Assembly (NCBI GenBank): GCA_030065715.1
Contig: JASJDF010000002.1
Coordinates: 1 to 54,521 of the forward strand
Length of the DNA: 54,521 bases
Direction: 5' to 3'
From: Xenococcaceae cyanobacterium MO_188.B19
Lineage (GTDB): Bacteria; Cyanobacteriota; Cyanobacteriia; Cyanobacteriales; Xenococcaceae
The notes under the pieces are model-generated. The model did not search any database. It was not told the origin of the DNA and worked only from the letters and a program-made list of their open reading frames with translations. A program made the translations under genes and the position numbers. Positions 1 through 8,363 of the stretch are shown one piece after another. How positions within the stretch are numbered: position 1 is the first letter of the stretch; every line of letters starts with the position of its first letter.

Positions 1-251
1 CCGATTCAGTAATGCCAAAAACTACTTTTTCGGATATTGAGTCAACGAAATCTCGACTTTTGAGAACTCCCGTAATCCCAGATGGGGACTGGATTCTGAA
101 TACTGAATCGGTGTTCTAGGAGTAAGAAACTAGCATTGATTGTGGGGTCAGACAAAGCGATCGCCATTGCCGTAAAACAAGTCAAGCAACAGGAGAGATA
201 TACAAGGTTAAAAGAACGGTTGAAGGAGCCAAGATGAAATCAGCCCACAAC

Positions 252-1736
252 CTAGAAACTCAAATTACATTCAAATTTAGTTTGATTCTTTCTTTTTAGT
301 TCGATTTGTACCTCAATCTTGGTTCCGTGATCAACGAAGTTTAACAGTCCCCATTGTTTACTACCTGCAATAGCTCCTGTTTTTAGCTCTTCTTCCTTTG
401 GCTCAATCATATATTTGGCTCCATTATAAGGTCCACCTTTTACTGACCCCCTACTGTCTAAGGCAGCCACCTGAATTACAGGAAATGAACCCCCACCATT
501 TGTGGCATAACTATTAACTGTTCCTTTTTGGCCATCATCAATTGCCAACATATGAGCATCTCCTGATAGCATTAGTAATTTGTTGATTTGATTTTCTTGA
601 ATAAAGTTAGCTATTTCTTCTCTTTCTTCTGGATATTTATCCCATGCTTCCTTGGTCTTAAAGCTTTTTTTGCCTCCAGCTATCCAAGGTAAACTATTTA
701 CCCAGATTATTAATCCTTCTTTGTTAGCCTCTTGATTAATTTTCCCTGCCATTAATTGTCTAAAAAACCATTCTTTTTGTGTTGTCCCTAAAAGACTTTT
801 TACTGACTTATGCTTTTCTTCTTGTAAGCTATCTTTATAGAAACGGTTATCAGTCATCACAAATCTTATTCTTCCAATGACAAAAGATTGATAAATAGCT
901 CCTATTTCTTCTGACTCTCCTAGAGGATAGTGAGGTACTTGTTCTCGATAAGCTTGACTGGCAATATTCTTTAGAGGATAAGTTCCATCTGCATTGTTAG
1001 TCCCGTAATCATGATCGTCCCAGATGTAAGCAAGAGGTATATTTTGGTAGAGATTTCTTTGTCGCTCTTGAGTCATGACTAAATGATAATTTTTTCTATA
1101 ATCATCAAGGTTTTTTTCTTTCAAGCCCAACCCAGGGAGATCATTTCTGTAATGCAAATCTCCCATATGAATAAATAAGGCTAAAGGAGAATTTTTTCCG
1201 TTTTCATCTGGCTCTTGATATTCCCTAATAATCTCAAATACTTTACTATTACTAACTCCCTTACTGATAAATTTCTCAATAGTTCCACCTGCACAAGCAG
1301 AACAACCTACTGCAAAACTATATTGTTTATTAACTTTTACTGTTTTAAATTGGAGATTTTCTCTCCTGGGATATCTTCGACCATCCGCTATAATTACATA
1401 GTAGTAAAGAGTATTTTCTTCTAAATCAACTAGGTTAAATGTAGCTATTTGATGAGTCAATGAACTTGCTTCAACCTTTGTAATTCCTTCTTCAGTACTT
1501 AAATCAGAATTTTTACTATAAAAAACTTGAATATAATTTTTACCTTTTTTTACTTGATTATTTAGTTTGGCTTTAATCGTTATCGAGTTATCTGTTACTG
1601 AACCAATCCAACACCAATTACACTTAGTAGTATTTAATTCATCAGCTACATACTTTTTTCTCGAAGCCAACAAAAAAAACAGCACTGCCAAAAACACTCT
1701 TCGATTAAATCTTTGGTAGATCCAGGCTTTTTCCAT
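252..1736 (-). CDS. PhoD-family alkaline phosphatase / calcineurin-like metallophosphoesterase, N-terminally anchored or secreted
   Basis: 494-aa ORF. N-terminal hydrophobic segment (FLAVLFFLLA). Metallophosphatase motifs HMGDLHY, WDDHDYGTNN and LSGDAHM occur in PhoD-like order. Confidence 0.75.
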   Translation of the reverse strand: MEKAWIYQRFNRRVFLAVLFFLLASRKKYVADELNTTKCNWCWIGSVTDNSITIKAKLNNQVKKGKNYIQVFYSKNSDLSTEEGITKVEASSLTHQIATFNLVDLEENTLYYYVIIADGRRYPRRENLQFKTVKVNKQYSFAVGCSACAGGTIEKFISKGVSNSKVFEIIREYQEPDENGKNSPLALFIHMGDLHYRNDLPGLGLKEKNLDDYRKNYHLVMTQERQRNLYQNIPLAYIWDDHDYGTNNADGTYPLKNIASQAYREQVPHYPLGESEEIGAIYQSFVIGRIRFVMTDNRFYKDSLQEEKHKSVKSLLGTTQKEWFFRQLMAGKINQEANKEGLIIWVNSLPWIAGGKKSFKTKEAWDKYPEEREEIANFIQENQINKLLMLSGDAHMLAIDDGQKGTVNSYATNGGGSFPVIQVAALDSRGSVKGGPYNGAKYMIEPKEEELKTGAIAGSKQWGLLNFVDHGTKIEVQIELKRKNQTKFECNLSF

Positions 1737-2924
1737 CTTTTTCTCTTTACTTAATCTCTAATTGAGTAGCCGACTTAGATTGTTCAGTAACCTATTCCCA
1801 TATGTTATGACAAAGCTACTTTTTCAGGATTACGAGTATTCCAAGCATCTTCTGCTGCTTAGACTTTGGCTTTGGCAGTTTCGAGGGTGAACGGAGGAAG
1901 TGGGGGTTTAGTTTCCATAGATATTAGTATTTAATAAAACAGAAAATTTGTGTACTCGCTTTGCTGTCGCAATAAGCGATCGCTTTAACCTTTTAGTTCT
2001 CGTCTTTAATTTTCTATTAAATAACGAATATCACGTAATTGTCGGTATTTTTGCTCGAAATTACGACCTTTTTTCAAATGTATGTAATTGAATCTTTTTT
2101 GTTTTCTCTATGCTTTTACCCTGCCATGTTGCACATCTTTTAATCACATTATTTGGAGCTTCACCTCCTTCGCGAAAAGAATTTTTGGCATTTTGGTTGG
2201 AATTGCCATCAGGGTTATGGAAATTATATCTGGGAGTTGTTTTATTACAAATAATTTATTTGTCATTTGATTTAATAAAATCCAGTAACAGGACCCAAAC
2301 TTCCCGTTCTTTAAAACCTAATTTCTTTCAAGAACCAGCACTACCTCCACGCCGACAAAAGCGTCGGATTTTAATTTTGGTAAGATTTTTGAATCTAAAC
2401 TTTTTGTTGCTGTTACTTCTGCCACTAATATCATCCTTATTTGATTAGTATCTTGACTTAAGTTTAGATTCAAACAGTTACTCAATCTAGGATTGCACTA
2501 ATATAATTACTAGCCAGCCACGTAAACAACACTCAAGATTCGGAATCAGCTTTAGTGGTAGGAGTGTTAGTTATTATAGCTTTAGCTTATATAATAGGTT
2601 TAGTATTTGTTCTAACTAATTTAATAGTAAAAGTAGTTATCAAAGTTTATAAAGACAGTCAGATTTCGTCAGAATTCTATGAACAAACTAAGGCTTTAAT
2701 GAGGTTTGACTTTGAAGAGCATTCCTGTTTAGTTTGATTGGGCTTCGGGAGCGGAGGATTAAGCTAATTACCTACTTGGAAAAGGGAAGCCTTATCGATA
2801 ATAAAGTCTTCTTTTTTTTATAATTAATTTACTTTTATAGAGTTATTTTGTGCTATAATTGCAGTTGAGAATTAAACAAACTTAAGTAACTTCGTTTCAA
2901 CTCTACAAAATAACGGAGACAATT

Positions 2925-3374
2925 ATGAAAAAACAATTGAGAATAAATTATCTAAAGACTAGAAAAAGTTTTTCTAAACTAGGTTTTAATAATAAACAAT
3001 TAAAATCAAAACATTTTAAAGCTAGTAAAACAAGCAAAATAAAATCGGCTATTAAAGCCAACCAATGGTTCATCAAAAAGCAAATTTTAGCTTTAATAGC
3101 CCTAGTACTGACTACGCCAATAATAATCAAATTTACCTATTCATATAGCAGTCAAAGTCGTTTTTTTACTGAACTTTCTTTAGCAGAAAACGGAATGGTA
3201 AAAATATTCATAATTTTATTGTTTATATTTGTTGAGTTTATAGTTTATATATTTTTCAGCGAGTTTTTTATGAATGAGGAATATAATCTTAAAGGAGTTT
3301 GGATGGTTTTTGATAAATTTTGGGCAATATTTTTGGGGATTTCTTTACTTTTGACAATTGGTAGCATTCAGTAG
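2925..3374 (+). CDS. hypothetical membrane protein (basic N-terminus, 3 predicted TM segments)
   Basis: 149-aa ORF with GGAG-like sequence upstream (aacggagacaattATG). Hydrophobic stretches ILALIALVLTTPIII, IFIILLFIFVEFIVYIFF, FWAIFLGISLLLTIG. No recognisable family. Confidence 0.4.
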   Translation: MKKQLRINYLKTRKSFSKLGFNNKQLKSKHFKASKTSKIKSAIKANQWFIKKQILALIALVLTTPIIIKFTYSYSSQSRFFTELSLAENGMVKIFIILLFIFVEFIVYIFFSEFFMNEEYNLKGVWMVFDKFWAIFLGISLLLTIGSIQ

Positions 3375-3383
3375 ATTAATTTT

Positions 3384-3452
3384 CGACTGGAAAAAGGGAA
3401 ATATTCAGTTAGTTGGTTAAGCCCAGAAAGTTAATTATTTTTTCAAGTAGCA
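3384..3452. repeat. dispersed ~70-bp palindromic intergenic element, copy 1
   Basis: CGACTGGAAAAAGGG...AGCCCAGAAAGTTAATTATTTTTTCAAGTAGCA, between two convergent genes. Closely similar to 5173-5242. Confidence 0.55.
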
Positions 3453-3476
3453 TAGTAAAATTATGCCTCCAAAACA

Positions 3477-4028
3477 TTAAATTAATAATAAATCCTTTTC
3501 TCCGCCAACATTAATATTTCTAACATATAAATCCCCGTCTCCATTTTTTAACCCCCATTCTTTGGGGATAGAATTGCCAGTTTTCATGTGTTCAAGCTGA
3601 TGGACATCTTTTTTAGCATCATCGCACCAAGCATAACTTTTTGCTTGAATTAGCATTCTCTCGATTATTGCCAACCTAATCCCTGGTTTTGCATATTCTC
3701 TATTTAATGTTTGACGATTATTTTTGCCCGCAACAAAATAATGCCAATTATCATACAGATCAATTTCATGTTCACAAGAAATTGATTTCTTTCTAACTAT
3801 CTTTTTACAGCCATAAAATTGACTTAATATCTCAACAACATCATCTTGACCGATACAATCGTCTATAGTTTTAAAATAGGGAAATTCCCACCTCAAAAGC
3901 TGAAGATAGGCACAAATATTATTTAGTTCTAAAAGTGAATAGTTAGTTTTTACATAATACTTGGTAGACAAATAAGTATAATAATGATCAATTCTAACTA
4001 TTATCGATTCTTTCTTAGAGTTTTTCAC
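3477..4028 (-). CDS. hypothetical protein (third gene of a 3-gene operon)
   Basis: 183-aa ORF. Its start overlaps the stop of the upstream ORF by 4 nt (ATGA-type coupling at 4025-4028). No recognised motifs. Confidence 0.45.
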   Translation of the reverse strand: MKNSKKESIIVRIDHYYTYLSTKYYVKTNYSLLELNNICAYLQLLRWEFPYFKTIDDCIGQDDVVEILSQFYGCKKIVRKKSISCEHEIDLYDNWHYFVAGKNNRQTLNREYAKPGIRLAIIERMLIQAKSYAWCDDAKKDVHQLEHMKTGNSIPKEWGLKNGDGDLYVRNINVGGEKDLLLI

Positions 4029-4603
4029 ATTTTTGGCAGTAACAAAGCGATATTAATAAAAAATTGTTCTAATTGCCATAATTCTTTTCCATCAAAATCC
4101 GCCCAATTAATTTGCCTAATTTCAGGATTTACTGGGAATACGGTAATCCAAACAGATACAGGACTTTTATCATTGTATTGATAACAATTTACTTTCCAGC
4201 CACAGGATTCAGAAAAAGTAAGACTTTTGAGAAAACAATCTAGTGGTTTATAGTTTGCTTTCAACACAATTTTTGGCAACCACAGCTTTCCTTTAGCTAA
4301 CTTAAACCCAAGCAAATCTTTTTTATCTAATTCAAAAGAATATTTACCCAGGAAAAATTGATTAACTCCACGCTCTAGCATTGTATCAATTTTTTTAGAT
4401 AAATTCTCGGATAATCTGCTTAATTGTTCGTAGTCCTCAGCCATTTTTGGAGTAAAGGTTATCTCCGAATTTGACAAAAACATTTGTTTTCTGGCTTCTT
4501 CCAGTATTTCAAGTCGCTTTTCTAATTGCTTTACTTTTTCAAAAGTATTGTTATTAATTCCTGTTTTTACTGAGCCGTTTGATTTTTGGAATATATTAGT
4601 CAT
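4025..4603 (-). CDS. hypothetical protein with N-terminal coiled coil
   Basis: 192-aa ORF, 14 nt downstream of the ORF at 4618-4965 and overlapping the next ORF. Heptad-like segment KVKQLEKRLEILEEARKQ. Confidence 0.45.
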   Translation of the reverse strand: MTNIFQKSNGSVKTGINNNTFEKVKQLEKRLEILEEARKQMFLSNSEITFTPKMAEDYEQLSRLSENLSKKIDTMLERGVNQFFLGKYSFELDKKDLLGFKLAKGKLWLPKIVLKANYKPLDCFLKSLTFSESCGWKVNCYQYNDKSPVSVWITVFPVNPEIRQINWADFDGKELWQLEQFFINIALLLPKM

Positions 4604-4617
4604 ATAAAATTACTAAT

Positions 4618-4965
4618 TTAAGGATAAAGCTTGGACAAAGTATCAATAATTTTTTCGTCTTTAATTCCCTTGCTTCGCATAACCAGAGCTTGCGAACCTG
4701 CCAACAAAACATCGTGCCAAGAGAGAAAACAAATCCAACATTCTCCAATAATTAGCTTTAGATAATCAAATCCTTCTACAAAGATATCTTTAGAGAAATA
4801 AATAGTTTTGGTATATTTTGCATCGAATTCTTTATAAGAGTTATATTGCATTGAAAATTCCTTTAAAGAACATAATTTTTGCTTACCTCCATCCATAACA
4901 ATTAAATAACTGGAAACGGGTTTTTGCACTGATTTTTGAGGAGTGACTCTTACAAGTGATTGCAT
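4618..4965 (-). CDS. hypothetical protein (first gene of a 3-gene operon)
   Basis: 115-aa ORF preceded by a 370-nt very AT-rich promoter-like region (4966-5335). Confidence 0.4.
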   Translation of the reverse strand: MQSLVRVTPQKSVQKPVSSYLIVMDGGKQKLCSLKEFSMQYNSYKEFDAKYTKTIYFSKDIFVEGFDYLKLIIGECWICFLSWHDVLLAGSQALVMRSKGIKDEKIIDTLSKLYP

Positions 4966-5172
4966 AATTTTACGATAAATTAAAGATTTGTTTTGAGGTA
5001 TTATGTAGCTTTTAAATGTTATTAGCTTTCTTAAAAATGCTTTTTTATATTATAATATATTCACCTTAATAATAACAGTTTATTTATCATTTTGTAAATA
5101 TTTTATGTGTTAATTTTATTCATTTTTATTTTCTTATTACCATTAATTTGTGGAGTATAATAGACTTATTTT

Positions 5173-5242
5173 CTACTTGAAAAAGAAAGGCATGAAGTTA
5201 ATTGCCTAGCCCAGAAGGTTAATTGTTTTTTTTCAAGTAGCA
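5173..5242. repeat. dispersed ~70-bp palindromic intergenic element, copy 2 (best preserved)
   Basis: 12-bp arms CTACTTGAAAAA (5173-5184) / TTTTTCAAGTAG (5229-5240). The loop carries GTTAATTG twice and AGCCCAGAAGG. Partial copies lie at 2772-2790, 6977-7015 and 9444-9461. Confidence 0.6.
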
Positions 5243-5335
5243 ATCCTTAATTTATTAGTCATAACAAACAAAACTTTTAAAGAATCCAAAATCAAAATGA
5301 CTATAGCTTTTAGTTATCTGGAATTTTCTGATATA

Positions 5336-5737
5336 CTAAAACCCATAAATTAAAATTTCGAGCATTTTAATTAAAGCTGCAATAATTATAAATATAATCA
5401 TTGGAATTATAGCTATTTCTATTGAATCTTGTTGTCCCCGCAAGAAAAAAAATAGACCGAAACATATTACAAAAGCTAAAACAAATAAAATATTTATTTC
5501 GGCACTAGTATGGCATATTAGATCGCTCAATGAGCCTTGATTACTTCCTCTAAACATCTGTGTAAATCCACTGGTTAATTTAGGGAACAATATGATAGAG
5601 TTACAATCTTTATCATTGCTTATTAATGGTTTATTCACAGTAAAAGTTTGGAGGAATATTTGATTTTCAACAATCAACTTTTTCAAAAATGGTAGTGAAA
5701 AGCCTAAAGAATAATGCCCAAGAATTTTATTATTCAT
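5336..5737 (-). CDS. hypothetical membrane protein
   Basis: 133-aa ORF with two C-terminal TM segments (ILFVLAFVICFGLFFFL, IIPMIIFIIIAALI). Confidence 0.4.
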   Translation of the reverse strand: MNNKILGHYSLGFSLPFLKKLIVENQIFLQTFTVNKPLISNDKDCNSIILFPKLTSGFTQMFRGSNQGSLSDLICHTSAEINILFVLAFVICFGLFFFLRGQQDSIEIAIIPMIIFIIIAALIKMLEILIYGF

Positions 5738-5760
5738 CTTGTTTGTGTGAATTCTAAAAC

Positions 5761-6153
5761 TTAATTGGTAGAAAATTTAGATTTAAATTTTTTATATTTA
5801 GAGTGTTTTTCAAGTAAAGTATGATTTTTGGGTCTTAGGCAAAACACCAAATAAACAGAGGGCAGTATCAACAAAAGACCTGAGAAATCATCGACAATAA
5901 AAGTAGGAAAGAGTAAAAGTAGAATTATGTAAATTAAACCCGCAAGTGAAACGCCCAAAATTGCATATTTAAAATCTCTCACCCACATTTTTGTTTGGAT
6001 TTTTCCCATGTTTGTTGTGCAATATTTAACTATTTCATTTTTGTCAAACCTAGTCATTCCAACCATTAATCGGCTTAGTTCTTCGCTGTCAATATTTAGG
6101 TCATCAGAAGAGTTTTCGATAATTTCTAAAATACGGTAATAATTATCAGCCAT
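5761..6153 (-). CDS. hypothetical membrane protein
   Basis: 130-aa ORF with two TM segments (ILGVSLAGLIYIILLLLFPTFIV, LLLILPSVYLVFCL). Spaced 12 and 23 nt from its neighbours. Confidence 0.4.
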   Translation of the reverse strand: MADNYYRILEIIENSSDDLNIDSEELSRLMVGMTRFDKNEIVKYCTTNMGKIQTKMWVRDFKYAILGVSLAGLIYIILLLLFPTFIVDDFSGLLLILPSVYLVFCLRPKNHTLLEKHSKYKKFKSKFSTN

Positions 6154-6165
6154 TATTTTTGCTCT

Positions 6166-6942
6166 TTAACTTTTAGCAAACAACCAACAATAAACACCAA
6201 GTACATCGACGAAAGCAAATATAGTAGCCGAATAAAATATCATGATTCTGTCTGCTCCTAAAATCGATGCTATTAACATTTGGCTAGAACTACAAGCCAA
6301 GAAAATAAAACCGTAACCACTTATAGGTGTATTTAGAGCCAACATTAGACCGCCACAAAAAGCAAAGATACTACTAGAAATCTTTAAAACATTAGGATTT
6401 AATAGCTTACGTAATTTCTGATTTCTATCTCTAAGATTAGCTAAATATTTACTTCTATATTCATTTTCTTGTACTTTTAATTGTACCAAATAATCTAGTT
6501 GAATTCCCAATACTCCTCTTAAAAACTCAAGAGTGAAATGATGATATCTAATAAAATCAGTATCCTTAATTTTTGGTTTCAATTGTCTACCATATTTAAA
6601 ACCTAAATCGAAACTGTAGAAGTCTTGAGTACTAAGTTGATAAGGACGAGGATACAAATATCTAGAGAAAAACTTAAATATTTTGATATGCCAAGGTTTA
6701 GTATCTCGGTCATTACCCATAGTAAAGCCAATGACAAAAGCTTCATCAGAAGAATCAACTTTTCTGTCTAATAATAGATGCAGACAATCGTGACCTAATA
6801 ATGATATATTACCTGGCAAAGCCATAGGAGAAGCAGGGTTTTCTAGTAGTCTAATCAGCCAAGGAATATCTTTTGGCTTGTCTATAGAAAACTCTTTGAG
6901 AGCTTCTTTTAGAGTTATTTTACTATCTAATATTTCTACCAT
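6166..6942 (-). CDS. membrane protein with Coq4-like HDxxH...E metal motif in the N-terminal domain
   Basis: 258-aa ORF. LLGHDCLHLLLDRKVDSSDE fits the HDxxH-x(10-13)-E signature recalled for the Coq4 family. C-terminal third is hydrophobic (2-3 TM). Confidence 0.4.
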   Translation of the reverse strand: MVEILDSKITLKEALKEFSIDKPKDIPWLIRLLENPASPMALPGNISLLGHDCLHLLLDRKVDSSDEAFVIGFTMGNDRDTKPWHIKIFKFFSRYLYPRPYQLSTQDFYSFDLGFKYGRQLKPKIKDTDFIRYHHFTLEFLRGVLGIQLDYLVQLKVQENEYRSKYLANLRDRNQKLRKLLNPNVLKISSSIFAFCGGLMLALNTPISGYGFIFLACSSSQMLIASILGADRIMIFYSATIFAFVDVLGVYCWLFAKS

Positions 6943-7010
6943 GATTAGATTGTTGAGAATAATAGATTTTGTAACTTCTACTGGGAAAAGAGAGATTAAG
7001 TTAATTGCTT

Positions 7011-7033
7011 GACCCTAAAGATTGTTTAGGGTC
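7011..7033. other. perfect 9-bp-stem hairpin downstream of the PstS-like gene
   Basis: GACCCTAAA-gattg-TTTAGGGTC. No flanking U-run on either strand, so it is not a canonical intrinsic terminator. It abuts a partial copy of the palindromic element. Confidence 0.4.
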
Positions 7034-7108
7034 GCTCCTGTCCTCCCCTGACCTAAAGTTTCTGTTGCTCTGGGATGATGTCGGTTATACCGACACCCTT
7101 GATAAAAA

Positions 7109-8359
7109 CTACTTCTTCTGACCGCGCAATGAAACAAAGCCAGCATCATCAACGTACGCCTGACCTTGCCCCGATAAGATGATGTTAGAGATCGCAGTAC
7201 CAGCAGCTTCGGAGTTGGGGCGATCAGTATTTACCAAAGTCAACCTCCGTACCAGAGGATAAGTACCTCGGCTGAAAGCTTCCTTGTTAGTCTGTCCGTC
7301 ACTCAAAAACGGGTCAACATAATTAACGACTTCAGGATTAACAACACTACTTTGACCCAATGTTAAAAACTTCAGTAAACTCTGGTTCTGAACTAAGCTT
7401 GCCGAAGCATAGCCAATTGCCCCTGGTGTATCGATAACTTTTCTAACTGCTAGGGTGTGATTAGAAGCATAGTCAATCTTGGCGTTATCACTGACCTCGA
7501 ATCCTAGTGCTTCCACATTTTCTTTAGAGAGAATCACAGGAGTAATCGGTAAATCTTTACCCCCAAGTTGTTGCCAGTTGCTAATCTTTCCTTGAAAAAT
7601 AGACATCAATTCTTTAATTGTGATTTTGTTGACTGTTAATTCTGGATGGGTGTAAAAGACGATGCCATCAACAGCGATCGCATTTTCTTGTAATTGAATA
7701 TTTTGCAGTTTAGCTTTGGCGTATTCGGTGGGACTTAGAGGTCTAGCGTTAAAGACAAAATCGATATCCCCTGCCAGCAACATATCTATGGCTACAGAGT
7801 AACTGGGGTCTTCATAACTGGGACTCGTATATCTAGACGCAAAGTTAGGAAAAGCATTGACTATTTCTGCGACCAATCCTGCTTTTAGCAACGCTGCAAA
7901 ATAACCGTCACCAGAATAAGAAAATATGCCACCAGGGACATTCTCCACGTCTTTGATTGCCCTGACTAACTTAATACCACCACCATTTACTGATTCTACT
8001 TGGGGAATTTTATCGACTTTAGCCGTAGCATTGTTGCTATTAAAAAATAATTGATGGGTCAATAACAATAATGAAATAAATCCCACCACAATCCCTGAAG
8101 CATTCTGAGGCTTTAACAATTCTTTTTGCCAATTATTTAATTTAGAGTGATTAACTGGCTGAACCTGTTTGTTTCTGGGCTTTTTATAAAGCTGTTGCTT
8201 GGTAACTGTTTGACCTTGAGGCTTATTAGTAATTACTTGGTTTAATTGTTGAGACGGAAATAAAGATTCTCCACAGATATCACACTTATCATTATTGGGG
8301 GGATTCAGATCATAATGACAGTTAGGACAGATTATTTTACTATTTTTTAGCTGCTCCAT
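7109..8359 (-). CDS. zinc-ribbon / TM / PstS-like (PBP_like_2) periplasmic binding-domain protein
   Basis: 416-aa ORF. N-terminal CPNCHY...CDICG zinc ribbon, one TM (GIVVGFISLLLLT), then IAVDGIVFYTHP...ELMSIFQGKISNWQQLGG, typical of phosphate-binding-protein-like domains. Confidence 0.65.
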   Translation of the reverse strand: MEQLKNSKIICPNCHYDLNPPNNDKCDICGESLFPSQQLNQVITNKPQGQTVTKQQLYKKPRNKQVQPVNHSKLNNWQKELLKPQNASGIVVGFISLLLLTHQLFFNSNNATAKVDKIPQVESVNGGGIKLVRAIKDVENVPGGIFSYSGDGYFAALLKAGLVAEIVNAFPNFASRYTSPSYEDPSYSVAIDMLLAGDIDFVFNARPLSPTEYAKAKLQNIQLQENAIAVDGIVFYTHPELTVNKITIKELMSIFQGKISNWQQLGGKDLPITPVILSKENVEALGFEVSDNAKIDYASNHTLAVRKVIDTPGAIGYASASLVQNQSLLKFLTLGQSSVVNPEVVNYVDPFLSDGQTNKEAFSRGTYPLVRRLTLVNTDRPNSEAAGTAISNIILSGQGQAYVDDAGFVSLRGQKK

Positions 8360-8363
8360 AACT

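Noticed and set aside
2110-2448. 112-aa plus-strand ORF (and the overlapping 2088-2270 ORF).
   Set aside because: The sequence is low-complexity (LNLNFLLLLLLPLISSLF) with no start context. It sits in a region with decayed reading frames on the other strand.
7011-7033. Calling the 9-bp-stem hairpin an intrinsic terminator.
   Set aside because: There is no U-tract on either strand after the stem. It is kept only as a structural element.
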